A stretch of 64,000 bases of DNA. It comes from Enoplolaimus lenunculus (taxonomy: Eukaryota). Below are positions 1 through 12,695 of the stretch, one piece after another; within the stretch, counting starts at the first letter, position 1, and each line of letters starts with the position of its first letter. The stretch covers positions 310,001 through 374,000 of the forward strand of contig JASANG010003005.1 of assembly GCA_030248215.1 (NCBI GenBank), given 5' to 3'. The notes under the pieces were generated by a model, which saw only the letters and a program-made list of their open reading frames with translations, was not told the origin of the DNA and did no database searches. The position numbers and the translations under genes are program-made.

Positions 1-113
1 AACTTTATGGAATCCAGAAAAAGTTAACCGAACATGGCAGTCAGCTATAATGCTTCGGAGTAAGCCAGTTCTGCCCAAAAGTAAGAATATAAAAGAATGC
101 TGTTTGGTGCAAT

Positions 114-301
114 GGCCAATGTAAACAACAGGGGCGGAGCAGTAGTATAACCATATTTCTAAGACTAAGCCTAAGCGTAAAAATGAGCATGTTCTTAAGC
201 CTAAGCCCAAGCCTAAGCCAGGCAAAAATTTAGTCTAAAGCTTAAGCTTACTCTATTGCAGTCCCACAGAAAACGTTCCGCCCCTGATCTTTACATGGGC
301 C
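114..301 (+). mobile_element. TTAGGC-carrying Merlin-like MITE (subtype iii)
   Basis: Ends GGCCAATGTAAAC...GGGGCGGA and CCGCCCCTGATCTTTACATGGGCC; internal GCCTAA repeats; TSD degenerate. Confidence 0.75.
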
Positions 302-436
302 GGTCAAACTAATATAGATTGAATTATAATAAATAAAAGTCCTTAACCGAATAAGCGCATGGTTACTTCTGGGGGGGGGGGCAAATTAATATCGGTCCCC
401 GCTTTTATTCGGGTCACTACAGTAGTGACAAATTTT

Positions 437-620
437 GGCCAACGTTACTTTTAGGGGCGTAACAGTAGATTAAGCGTGTCCCTAAGCTAAAGCCTAAACA
501 ATGCAAACATGTGTTCCTAAGCTTAACCCTAAGCCTAAGTAAAAAATCTAATGTAGAATTTAAACCTACTCTTCTATAGACCGACCAGAAACCTGAACGC
601 CCCTTAAAGTAACATGGGCC
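437..620 (+). mobile_element. TTAGGC-carrying Merlin-like MITE (subtype ii)
   Basis: TIR GGCCAACGTTACTTTTAGGGGCGT / ACGCCCCTTAAAGTAACATGGGCC; TSD CAAATTTT/CACATTTT. Confidence 0.8.
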
Positions 621-3600
621 CACATTTTTGTTGCGTCAACGTGTAAATTAAGCGTTTATGTTATATAAATAATGAATGTAGTTCATTAAAATTTGCAAAA
701 ATACATATGAAGCCGTCTTCACAAGAATAATCGGATTCTTGCTCAGCAATCGCTGATAAATAATCATTTGGCTTCGGTGTCGGGGTTGCTGTGTAATTTC
801 TCCCCAAGCGCAAATTAACGCCCACCCAAGAAAGATAGCGGTAGCAATATTTTTCACACGGAAACATCGCGTTAAAATAGCTTACAAGTTTACCCTACTT
901 AGCTCAGGTTATATCTCCATGTTAGTATCTTTATCGCACCGATCAACAATACGCCGACGCGGTCAATATAAAGAACAGAGGTGGAACAGTATAAGTATAT
1001 TCGTAAGCCTAAGCCTAAACCTAAGCGTAAGAATGAGCGTATTCCTAAGCCTAAGCCTAAGCGTTGCAAAAGCGTCAACCTAAGCCTAAGCCTAAGCAAA
1101 AAATGTAGTATAGAATGTAAGCCTACTTTTTCACAGACTGCACCAGAAACCAGAACGGCCCTAAAAGTAACATTGCCCGCAAAAAGTTTATATTTTGACG
1201 AAAATCGAGATATTTTCATTATGGTTCAAACAAATCGAAAACGCAAGTTTCATTATCAAGTGTTGTCGTGGCTATAATCTCTATTTAAGGTTTAGACTAA
1301 TTTTTGCTTGGCTTAGGAATATGTTTAATCTACTGTTACGGCCTTAAATGTAACATTGGCCGTGATTCCTACGCAAATTCATTCGATAATTTGATTGAGC
1401 GGAGACACGCAATCTGACTGCCATTTCTTGCAAGCTTTAACACTGGCCTTTCTTATTGACGACAAGAAAAAACAACATGAATGATACCCCACATTTAAGG
1501 TTAAGGCTTAAGCCTAAACGTAGACTTTAATAAGCATAGGCATAGGCAAAACCGTAAGGATACGCTTACGCCTAGGCCCACATTCTAAGACGTAGCACCT
1601 ATCACCAGTTAGTAATAGGTCTTCAAACTAACAGACTGCTGCAATTGCAAATTTCAAAATTTACGCCAGACGTAGAGTATTAAATCGAATGCAATAAATT
1701 TGTCGAATTTCAAACTTCACCATTCCCGGTTCGAAGGTTACAAGACCTATCACCAACTGGTAATAGGTGCTATACACATTTGAGAATACGGGCTCTAGGC
1801 ATAGATAAGCCTTGACTCATGGTTAGACCCAAACGTAAATATATTTGGAAAGTGTAAAATTGGTAAAATTAGTACTAGTAGTCTTTAATCTATGCACAGT
1901 TTAAACTCCACGTTTCCATAGCAAACATCCACAGTTTGTAAATCCCGACCCCTTTTTATGTATCGATTACTTGACCCATGTATAGAGCCCATGTATAGAA
2001 CAAGGCCGGAACAGTATTATAAGCATATTCCTAAGCCTAAGCCTAAGCATAAGCAAAAAATTAGTCTAAAGCTTAAATTGACTGTTATATCCCCTCCGGA
2101 CCACGATCCGGCCCTGTTCTATAGACGGGCCGATTATTTCAAGGTTTAAGTGGTACTTTGGCGTATGCAAATTTTCATTTGTTCCATTTTGGCGTAGGTC
2201 GAAAAATGTTGCAATTTGCAGGATGTCCATGTATGCTTAAAACTTTGATTGAACAGCACCTAAATGGCCATGTATAGAACAGGGTCGGATCGTTTTCCGG
2301 AGGGGTTATAATAGAGTCAGTTTAAGCTTTAGACTATTTTTTTGCTTAGGCTTAGGCTTACGCTTAGGCTTAGAGTTTATTATTTCTTAGTTAATAACCG
2401 TTAACATTAACTCATTCTGAGTTGTGGCGATTTTAAGCTGAGTTCAGTTTATTCCTGGTAACTTAAATAAGTCAGAGTGAGTTTTATTGACGCAGAATTC
2501 TGAGTTCTGAAAGTCCTCACTCAGAATGAGTTGAATCGCTCCGTCTGAGTTAGGACTTTCAAAACTCAGAATTCTGCGTCAATAAAACTCACTCTGACTT
2601 ATTTTAACTTACCGTGAATAAACTGAACTCAGCTGCAAATCACCACATCTCAGAATGAGTTAATGTTAACGGTTATTAACTCAGAAATAACTAACTCTCT
2701 AGCTGAGTTGACTAATCAATTCATTTAATTTACAGTGTTGTCGATGTTTAATATCAAATGAAAGAGCTTAGACGCTTGCCCTATAAACTACAACTGAAGT
2801 AATTGTCAATCAAACTTGGAGGTTGGTTGTTTCCAAAAAGGAACTTAAGACAGTATCGAAAGTAGAACACACGGAACGAATGGAAACGAAACGTTTCCAA
2901 TATTTCTTCAGCGAACTCTTTTCAGTTAAGCCATTTCGTATTAAAGTTTTTGTTTTGATGTTGACTTTCGAGGATGCATTTTTCAAAATTTATTAAAAAT
3001 TTAAAATCATAATTTTGTGTGAAATTTTGAAAAAATGCATCCTCGAAAGTCAACATCAAAACAAAAACTTTAATACGAAATGGCTTAACTAACAAGAGTT
3101 CGCTGTAATGAAGTTGACTGAATCTGTGTGTGCTGTATAGAACAGCCTTATACCTATGTTCATGCTTAAATATAAGCCTCCGACTATGCCGAAACATAAG
3201 CTTAATTCTGATCATAAGAAAACACCTCAGCTATGAGCCTTATCAGCCGAATTTAAAACCAGACATACTGTCATTAATGAAAAAATTCTTCCATAGTATC
3301 TATAAATGTTCGTGGGTACATTGGTTTGCTGAAATATTTCTGTTAACCAAAATTTCCAATTTAATCACAGCTTGCAAATACGTTAAGCTTATGCGTGGCT
3401 TTAAGAATCAGGCTAAGGTGATGGATTGAACAAACAACAAATATCATGTTTCGAAGGTATAGAATTGCTTGCGACACATCCAAACCCTTTCAATTAAACT
3501 GAGGTTGGAAGAGCGTCAGCTGGAAAAACTATTTGCTTCTACCCGCAGACATGCAGATTGGCCAATGCTACTTTGAGGGTCGGGTCGTTTTTTGCTGGGC

Positions 3601-3913
3601 CCAATACAATACGCTTGATAAGCTTTCGAGTAACATTTTTACTTAGCCGTAGGTTTAGACTTAGGATTTGAAATATGCTTTTATACAACGATTTCTGCGC
3701 CGATCGGCTTAACTTTGATCAGAAAATCGTCTATGATTAAATTGATTATCCTGATTTTGTGTGTTAAGAAAAAAATGTTAACAAAGATAAGACTAAAATG
3801 CTATATTTTGATATAAGGTCGCTTAAATATCGTAGTAGAAGTATTTCTGATACTTTAAGATACAAAGTAAACAGTTTATATTGAAAACCATAGTCTTGAA
3901 TGTGAAGCAGATT

Positions 3914-4103
3914 GGCCAATGTTACTTATAGGGGCGTAACAGTAGATTAAGCGTATTCCTAAGCCTAAACCTAAGCCTAAGCGTTACAAAGATGTGTTCC
4001 TAAGCCTAAGCCTAAGCCTAAGCAAAAAATATAATCAAGAATCTAAACCTACTCTTTTATAGACCCACCAGATACCTGGACGCCCCTTAAAGTAACATGG
4101 GCC
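3914..4103 (+). mobile_element. TTAGGC-carrying Merlin-like MITE (subtype ii)
   Basis: GGCC termini; TSD AGCAGATT/AGCGGATT. Confidence 0.8.
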
Positions 4104-4498
4104 AGCGGATTTATCAGTTCGTATGCGGATATTTTTAGATGTAACGCAATGGCAAAGTTACAGATTTGTATTACTTTGTCATTTGTTTTAGTTAAGTTTG
4201 AGTATCAACTGTTCATTTAATCTTTGACGCACTAAAAGTGTTTACTTTGTAGTTTCATGTAATGATCAGGGGTGGAACATTTTTCTGCACGACTGTAATA
4301 GAGTAAGCTTAAGCTTTAGACTAATTTTTTGGATTAGGTTTTGGTTTAGGTTTAGGTATATACTCATTTTTACGCTTAGGCATAGGCTAGGCTTATGAAT
4401 ATGCTTATACTACTGTTACGGTCCTGTCCATTACATTGATCGCTTTCTTTCAGTCTTTAATACAAAATATGTTTCCTAGAAACGACTTGATAGAAAGA

Positions 4499-4798
4499 AC
4501 CAAGAGTACATAATACAAGAGTGTGCAACTTTTGGGGTTTCCCGTGGTACAAAATGTACCAGCCGGCGTTGTGTTTTCGGCCGACTTACCCCCTTGTTTT
4601 GAGGGGGGTCGTTGTCCCATGCAATAACCCTAAATTAAACTATAAAGGGAGCGTGTTTGACGCCGCATACATAAAGTTCCATGGTTCGCACAGGTTGTAC
4701 CCCCCTCAAAATAAAGAGGGTAAAGCAAAAACGCAACGCGTGCCGTGAACATTCTTTTCTACACAAAATGTACCCAGTTGCATACTCTTGTTGAAGTA
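4499..4798. mobile_element. Unclassified dispersed element of about 300 bp with subterminal inverted repeats
   Basis: ACAAGAGTGTGCAAC / GTTGCATACTCTTGT. Collinear second copy at 35068-35365; fragment at about 30990-31110. Confidence 0.65.
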
Positions 4799-5938
4799 TG
4801 TTGCATCATCCACTATTGATAGGACGAAGGGGTTAGAAAATGTCATGATAAAGGTATCGTGGTTTCGAGCCGACAAGCTAGGAATTAATGTAAACAAACT
4901 AAACTTTTCAGTAGGCATTGACCGAATATTCTACCTCCAATAAATGGTAAACATCAGGTTAAAATAAAAATACGTGATAGCGTAAAGTTAGAATTTACAT
5001 GTTAGAACATCTGGATAATGTAAAAAAATTACATGTTAGAACATCTGGATAATGTAAAAAAACAGGGGAGGAACAGTATTATAACCGTATTCCTAAGCCT
5101 AAACCTAAGCCTAAGCGTAAGAATCGGCATATTCCGAAGCCTAAGCCTAAGCCTAAGCCTAAACCAAACGAAAAAAATTGGTCTAAAGCTTAAGTTTAGC
5201 CTATTGCAGACCACTGAAAAACGTTCTGCCCCTGATCTTTTACACGGGCAGAACATCAGAAGATACCAAAACATTTCAAGTTACGCATTCCGGTCCATGT
5301 AAAGATCACGGGCGGAACGTTTTGCTGTAGTATTGCAATACAGCAAGCTTAAGCATTGGAGAATTTTTTGTTGCTCAAATGTAGGCTGAGGCTTGAGCTC
5401 AGTGTTACGCTTAAGTTTAGACTTAGGAAGATGATTGTACTACTGTTACGGCCCTGTTCACCACATTGGCCCGTGTTTCTAATGTATTTCGCAACTTACT
5501 TAGAAATGACTAGTTTGTCAGGAAAAATTTGCTCTCAAGCCCATACGCGTATTGTGACATTCATTTCTGATGAAATGTATGAAATACATTACTCAGCACA
5601 AAAATGAAACAGCCGCGTTGCATCTACGTCTGCCGCTAATAATTTTAAGTCTTCGCTGTCGTTTTTTTCTGAATTTTTTGTTGAAATTATTCAACCAACC
5701 AACAAAACCATTTCATTGGCTGTTTCCGGTTTTTCAAAAACATTTGAAACCGAATTAAGTTCTCATAAAACAATTTATTTAAAATTCAATTGTTACATAA
5801 AAATAACTGTAAATCTTGTCGCAAAATATATTAAAAATTTGACAACACAAATTGTATTTTGTTAAAATTGAAATTTTAAGATAAACTTCAATACTTTAAT
5901 ACTTCGATCATAATAAATGTTTTGAGTATAGTAAACAA

Positions 5939-6143
5939 GGCCCTTGTATAAAACAGGGCCGGAACAGTAGTATACGCATATTCCTAAGCCTAAGCCTAAG
6001 CCTAAGCCTAAGCGTATGGATGAGCCTATTCTTAAGCCTAAGCCAAAACCTAAGCCTAAGCCTAAGCAAAAAAAATTAGTCTAAAGCTTAAATTGACTCT
6101 AGCCCCTCCGGAAAACGATCCGGCCCTGTTCTATACATGGGCC
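5939..6143 (+). mobile_element. TTAGGC-carrying Merlin-like MITE (subtype i)
   Basis: About 25-bp TIR (consensus GGCCCATGTATAGAACAGGGCCGGA); perfect 8-bp TSD GTAAACAA (5931-5938, 6144-6151). Confidence 0.88.
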
Positions 6144-6859
6144 GTAAACAAGATACGTGTCTCGTTTACAGGATGCAGCAAATTTTCCGTGTAACCAAAA
6201 TTTCAGTTAACATTTCTGTCGAATTTTGTACACATATCTATAGCTGAAGCTGTTGTGTTTGACGCTATAGAAAGGTGTGCAACCGGATGTCTTATCTCGG
6301 TATTAAATCCGGTGCCCGGTTTCGTTATTTTAATGACTATCCGGTTCCGTTGTTTCAACTATCCGCTTACACCCTGGTTGTTTTTACAAAAACGATTAAG
6401 TTTTTTAGTCAATGTGTAGAAAAGGGTCGTAGCAGTAGTATAAGCATATTCGTAACTAGGCCCATGTATAGAACAAGGCCGGAACGTTTTCCGGCGGGAC
6501 TGTAATAAAGTACGCTTAAGCTTTAAACTAATTTTTTGCTTAGAGGCTTAGGCTTAGGTATAGACTCATTCTTACGCTTAGGCTTAAGCTTATGCTTAGG
6601 AATATGCTTATACTACTGTTCCGGCCCTGTTCTATCCACTGGCCCCTAAGTCTAAGCCTAAGTCTAAGCCTAAGCAAAGAAAAACATTTGAAGGCTGTGT
6701 GAAAATTGAAAATATAGGGTAACGAAAATATTTCGGTAAACCAATGCATAGCGAAAATTAAAGAATTTTACAAAGTTTCTTAATTGATTTATATGTATAT
6801 ACTTTTAAGAGCTTAACGTAAATTCGATTTAAGCTTAAACAAACCTGCCACAGTATTAA

Positions 6860-7122
6860 CCCTTTCTCACATGAATATTTTCTATTTTTCCTGAGACCTA
6901 CATTTATGCTACGATTCGAACTCCAGTGACTGGAGTGGAAGGCGTATACCATCACCACTCAGCTATAGGAGCTTGACGCTCGAGCCCGAAAGGGCTCTCA
7001 CGTCTTGTGGTGATTTAGTACTATGTATACGTGTCGCAATTGTTAAACACGATGTGATATATACTATTTAACGTATATACACTGCGCTCAGTTGTCTATC
7101 GGCAACTCAATGTGAGAAGTGG
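6860..7122 (-). mobile_element. 263-bp piggyBac-like MITE with internal tRNA-like A/B boxes
   Basis: TTAA on both sides; TIR CCCTTTCTCACAT; reverse complement of 24311-24573. Confidence 0.85.
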
Positions 7123-7378
7123 TTAAATTTACTTTCACATCAACTATACTTATTTGTAAGTTAACGCTTAAAATCATATGAAATTGTACATATTTTTAGT
7201 TTAAACGGAAACTTAATTGCATTAGAGTGGGGGTGCATTCACATTGGCAAATTCGGCTGTTATACACTTTTCCCCTCACATTCAAAGTTAAGGCTTACAG
7301 CCCTCAGGCATAGGCTCAGTGAGACTTAAGCTGTCGTTTTGGCCAGACGGAATCATCACGTACTTAATTCATAATGCA

Positions 7379-7821
7379 CTGTAGTGACCCGAATAAGAGT
7401 GGAGTAATAATAGAAGGTCCCCACTTTGAGGCCCAATCAAGAGAAGTCCGTATTCCTAAAAAAGTCCGTAAACAGTTAGAGTCACTTAACAAAAATTAGA
7501 GTCTATATATGTCAATTATCCCTAACTGTAGCACATAAATGGCTCCAGTACCAAATAAAGTTGTGTTCGAAACTTTAAAGCGTACGTAAGTTTTGAAAGT
7601 AACATTCCAAAGTATAACCATGCATTATTTCTCAAGCTTTTGGTACAAGGCAAAAAACGTTTAATTCAACGGATAGTTGCTATACCGGATACATATCAGT
7701 CACGAAGGGTGGCGGCTGGCGTGTTGAAAATAAATAACAGTCCATGACCGAATAACAAGGGGAAGTACCCTCTGGAGAGGCCAAATAAATATCGCCCCCC
7801 TTCTTATTCGAGTCACTACAG
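7379..7821. mobile_element. About 420-440-bp MITE with TIR CTGTAGTGACCCGAATAAGA and TA target (Tc1/mariner-like), 90 bp upstream of the GST1 ATG
   Basis: TIRs visible. Homologs at 10362-10777, 15687-16100, 19119-19562, 20013-20462 (variant interior), 26608-27050 and 36483-37041; fragments at about 330-422, 23196-23310 and 35878-35968. Confidence 0.8.
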
Positions 7822-7910
7822 TAAGTGGAAAGTGCACAGGATCCACCAAAACTTTTAGGGTAATTAAAGGTGCTGGCCGTTGAGAATCTAATAAAGTGTT
7901 TTATGCAAAT

Positions 7911-10900
7911 ATGCCATCCTATAAATTGCGATATTTTCATTCTCGCGGTCGAATGGAACCAATGAAAATGATGTTCGCATATGCTAAAGTACCGCTTGAG
8001 CTTGAAGTAATCGATATGAACAAGTGGCCGGAAACCAAAAACGGTACGTTTTTATCTGTTTATTGTAATGAGAAGTATTTAGCTAATAACGACTTTGCAT
8101 AAATTAATCCGCTCAATCTAAGGTCATTATGACTGAGGCTTACAGCAGGGGCGTGGCGTAGCCATGATTTTAGTTTGGGGGTATAACTTCATATATCTAA
8201 ACTTTTTTGGCCTCACCGGTACCACTAGCTTAAATAAATAAATGAAAGGTTAAAAATTGTTCGAATAGAAAACGTTTGAAACATTCTTCAACTTTCAAAC
8301 CCCATGTTTCGAAGTACTGTTTTGCAGGGTTCCAACCGAAACTAGATTTGGTCAGAAGCGGAATCGGAATCAAATTTTTCTGTCGGAACTGGAATCGAAA
8401 TCGGAATCGGAATCAAGTTTTAGTAATTGTAATAAAAAGTTAAAGGCGTATAACTTTTAACTTTTGTTGCATCATGCCTGTTTCCGTTACTGTTCACAGG
8501 TTCAGTAAAAATTGTTCATACAAAATCACGAACTTCTCACATAGCTGACGGAATACAAAACTCAAAATATTTTCCGAGAAAAAACCAATAGAGTAATTGC
8601 AAATGAACGAAACAAAACGAAACAAACAAAATCTAAGTTCAATCATCTCTTAAAAACTCATAACCGAAAACTCAGAATTCCGGCATCGGAACAGCAGCCG
8701 GCCGGAGTCGGAATCAGAAGTCAAATTTTGCCGGAATTTTAGCCGGAGTCGGAATTCCGATGGAACACTGCTGTTTTGCAAGTGGACTAACTCTAAAAAT
8801 GATAACGTAGTACAATGTAACATTGCAGTATAAGCTATCTTAGTGTTTGTTAATATTACAGCATCAGTATCCTAAACGGATTTATTTCAAAACGTGAAAA
8901 GTGTTTTGTTTTAGACATTATTCCTAATGTTTGTGGTAATGTTACGTTAAAACAAAACGAAGAATCTGTGTAAAAAATGGTGAGTCAAATTGACTCTCTC
9001 CGAAATAGGCTTTACCTGACTACACTAACTGAGCCAAAATTCGACTCCGCCTATGGTGAGTCAAATTGACTCTCTTCGAAATAGGCTTTTCCTGACTACA
9101 CAAACTGAGTCAAAATTCGACTCCGCCATAGTGAAATTGAGTCGAATTTTGACTCAGTTTGTGCAGTCAGGAAACGCCTATTTCGAAGAGAGTCAATTTG
9201 ACTCACCATTTATTGCAGTGCACAACATTTGTAATAAGTACAGCAACACGAAATATTCACAATGCTTTTACTTTTCAGATCAACCATTTGGCAGTTTACC
9301 TGTATTTTGGGCCGACGGTAAAGAATTGTGCCAAAGTCTTGCGATTATGCGCTTTGTTGCTCATAAATTTGGTATTTTTAGCATTTTGGTGCAATATTTT
9401 AATTTTTTTACTTTTGTATTTTGATGTCAAAAGAAATTTAAAATACTATTCATTTGATTAATGAATAATATGCAGCATGAAAATACCAGAAATTTTGTCC
9501 TTCCATAACCAACCCGGATACTGACTTTTACCGGAAACAGACACCGATTTTTGCCGGAAACGGAAACGAATATCCGGTCACAATCTGGTGCATAATTAAT
9601 TCTGTCTTATTTTAAGCATACGTAATAAGACATTTATGAAAGATTATGTCAAATAACCACGTTTGTGTTTTGGTATCCTGTATAGCACTTTGTTAACTAA
9701 CGTCTTTTCTTGAAGTTAATATTACTAGTCTGCCAGTTTTGCGCAATGCACAAAAGTTAGCGAAAGCACAAAAATTTGCTTGCAAATTTTCTTGTCATAG
9801 AACAATCACGTGTATTGCTTGAAAGTTGCCCAAAATACGTATGTGGAGCGTTCCTAACGAATGCTACATTTTGCGTAAAATATCACAAAGAGAGTTTTTG
9901 TACAAATTTAAGGTATAATGAACCGCTGTTTCTTTGATTTTGAGCTCAGGCGGTGACATTTCAGGGTTCGCTGGCGACAACGCATGGGATTGTGCCGTAG
10001 CGGATATGTACATTGATGGATACAGTGATTTTTTCACTGCTTGCTCGAAGGCTGTTGTTCCACATCTGTTCGCTGGAAATATGACAAAAGCAGTAAAAGT
10101 TTAACATTTTGACGAAAATTATACACGGCGTTGAAGTGATTGGCTGAAAACGCTTAAATCTAGCGTAACGATGTTTAACCCCTTCTCACATAGAGCAGTA
10201 GACTATGAGCAAATTAGCGTAAAACTTGAAATGTCAGAAAATTAAGTGTCAGGTATGTGTTTTTGCTGTAAATTGAGTATAGAGTTACCACTGTATTTAA
10301 TTTCACTTGCCTTGTTTTGTTAGAAAAATATGTATAAAAAAGCTGCTTATATTAAATTATTGTAGTGACCCGAATTAGAAGGGGGACTGATATTTATTTG
10401 GCCTCTCCAGAGGGTACCCCCTGTTATTCGGTTTCGGACTGTTATTTATTTTCAACCCGCCCTCCGCCACCGTTCGTTACTTATATATATCCGGTATTGC
10501 AACTATCCGTTGATTGAAACATGGAGCGATAATGCAACGTTTAGGAATGTATCTTTCAAAACTTAAGTATGTTTTAAAGTTTCAAACTCAACTTTATTTG
10601 GGCCTAGAGTTATTTATACACTACAGCTGGGGACAATTAACATTTATGGATTCTAATTATGTTTTAGAGACTATCCGCTTACGGACTTTTATTAGCTATA
10701 CGGACTTCTATTGATTGGAACTCAAAATGGGGACCCTCCTCTTATTCCCCCACACCCTCTTATTCGAATCACTACAGTAAGTGATTTTAATTACTTAGCC
10801 TTGTTTTAGAGAGAAGCATTCGCCGAACAACACAAGGAAGTAGTGGAACCGTTTCTTAATCGTTATGAAGACTTTCTGAAACGCAATGGGGGCACATGGT

Positions 10901-12187
10901 TCGTTGGTTCAAAGGTATAAACAACAATGAACAGCAATGCGAGGCACTTTTGCCTTCTAATAAATTTAACCCTTTATCACATGAATATTTTTTATTTCCC
11001 CTGCGACCAACTTTTATGCTAGGATTCGAGTTCCAGTGACTGGAGTGGGAGGTGTTTACCATCGCAACCACTCAGCTATAGGAGCTTGATGCTCGAGCTC
11101 GAGGAGCTGTCACGTATTGCGGTGGTTTAGTACTATGTATACGTGTTGCAATTGTTAAACACTGGACGATATATGTTATTTAACGTATATCTCGCAGCTT
11201 CAAGTTGCACGTATTGTTACAAGTAGTTACAAATAAATACCATTTTCAATCTGAATGTGGACATGAAATTACATAAATAATTTGTAGACGGCCGCAATAC
11301 ATATCAGAAAATCGATGCATTATCAGTCCAACCTATAAAATCAAGCTATTTATACATGTAAATTCTCATTCTTTGCGCATATTTGTCATGAATAAATTGC
11401 AGCTGCAAGTTCTCCGAATTAAACTTCGAACAAAACTTGCAATTAAGCAAGCTTCAGCTGCTAAAAAAGTCACATGTGACGAACACTCGAGGTTTCATAA
11501 AAACGCTTTCAGTTGCTAAAATTCAGTCCACAAAAGACGTAAAATTAGTATCGACTTGCAGCCGCGTTCACACGGGCGAATTTAATTTATTACAATCGAT
11601 TCAGTGAGTTAATTTGCACTTGCAAGAACTTCAAAGCTGTTTGCGACACAACATGTGCATGCAAGCTGCACGACAAAATTTCTTGCTGCAATAACTTGCG
11701 CGTGTGAATAGGGCTTTCGTGTCTTGCAACTATATAAGTACCGAATGTAAGGCGCTTGTTCATCGTATACTAAACATTCGACAGTATTAATAGGTTCAAT
11801 AAATTAAATTATGTTAGGCTTAAGCTTAATCTCTATTCAAGTGCCACAGAAAAACGTTCCGCCCCTGATCTTTACATGGACCCTAAATGCGGCGACGTGC
11901 ATAATTCCAAAGTTGATAGAAGTTGCTTGAGATTTCGTAAAAACGTCAGCATGAGATCTAAACATTGGTTTAAAAGTTGTCATTTTTCTATTGTTTCCAA
12001 TCCGTATGATTTGCAGGTCACATGGGTTGATTTTGCAGTCGCTGAATTAATGCAACGATATCAAGAATTATTCGATGCAAATTTGCTCAGAAATTATCCA
12101 ACCCTCAAGGCACATGAGACGCGGGTGTTTTCACTTCCTGGGGTGAAAGAATACATTGCCTCACGGAGTGGCGATTTGTTATATTGA
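7911..12187 (+). CDS. Sigma-class glutathione S-transferase, copy 1 (5 exons, 209 aa)
   Basis: Exons 7911-8043, 9279-9371, 9965-10092, 10810-10914 and 12017-12187, all GT-AG and in frame (630 nt). Protein MPSYKLRYFHSRGRMEPMKMMFAY...DQPFGSLPV...ELCQSLAIMRFVAHKFGFAG...WFVGSKVTWVDFAVAE... has the N-terminal catalytic Tyr, cis-Pro loop, QSxAI motif and N-cap TxxD of sigma GSTs. AATAAA at about 12192. Confidence 0.93.
8325..8770. mobile_element. hAT-like MITE (CAGGGTTCCA...TGGAACACTG) in GST1 intron 1
   Basis: Perfect 8-bp TSD CTGTTTTG; subterminal GGAATC repeats. Confidence 0.82.
9725..9860 (-). mobile_element. Helitron-like 3' end fragment
   Basis: Minus strand reads hairpin TTTTGTGC-ATT-GCGCAAAA, 8 nt, then CTAG|T. 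Second copy at 30398-30560. Confidence 0.55.
10970..11190 (-). mobile_element. Truncated piggyBac-like tRNA-box MITE in GST1 intron 4
   Basis: Homologous to 6860-7122; abuts a fragment of the Harbinger-like family. Confidence 0.75.
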
Positions 12188-12695
12188 ACCAAATAAATAA
12201 ATTAAATTTTAGCGTATTTCTAATTTTTAGTTTTACCTTTAGACAAAATAAACAAAATCGTTTAATTGTTGCAAAAATTTGTGTTCACTGTTGGACCTTT
12301 CGAGACAGCCTGAAGGCCGTGTAAGCGGGACCTGTCTCCAGGCCTGTAGTCAGCTCTACCTTGTCAGAGGGGGCTCAAAATTGTTCAGGAGAGGCATTTA
12401 AGGGTTTTCAATGAGTTACACACAAGGTTGAATATTTTCCAGGGGGTGAGGCAAAAATGTTTCCAGGGCAAGCTGAGCCCCCCCCCGGCCCCTTGGCTAC
12501 GGACCCGATTCAGTAGTAGGTATCTTATTAATGTATTAATCATTACGCCATCCGTATTAATCGTGTAAAAAATTCAAACATTTTGTGGTTATTAAACAAA
12601 ACGTTATCATTGATGCTGTTCGAAACGCGACAAGCTTATATTAATCGTGTCTCGGTTTTGACAGAATTCCTAAAAATGAAAAGCCATCAGCAGAA

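Noticed and set aside
1..960. Possible exons (TLWNPEKVNRTWQSAIMLRSKPVLPK before a GTAAGA at 81; minus ORF 661-867)
   Set aside because: No recognisable homology, and I could not find a phase-compatible partner exon.
899..1277. KPKPKP, LSLSLS and LRLRLR ORFs here and at 5029-5302, 16840-17130, 47533-47874 and elsewhere
   Set aside because: They are translations of (GCCTAA)n within MITEs.
4995..5063. Short tandem duplications (about 34 bp here; about 25 bp at 21719-21766; about 27 bp at 42345-42398)
   Set aside because: Ordinary slippage duplications with no further structure.
5939..6143. Chromosome end, telomere-fusion scar or telomerase RNA template
   Set aside because: The TTAGGC blocks are short, occur in both orientations across the window, and lie inside TIR-bounded multi-copy elements, many with clear TSDs.
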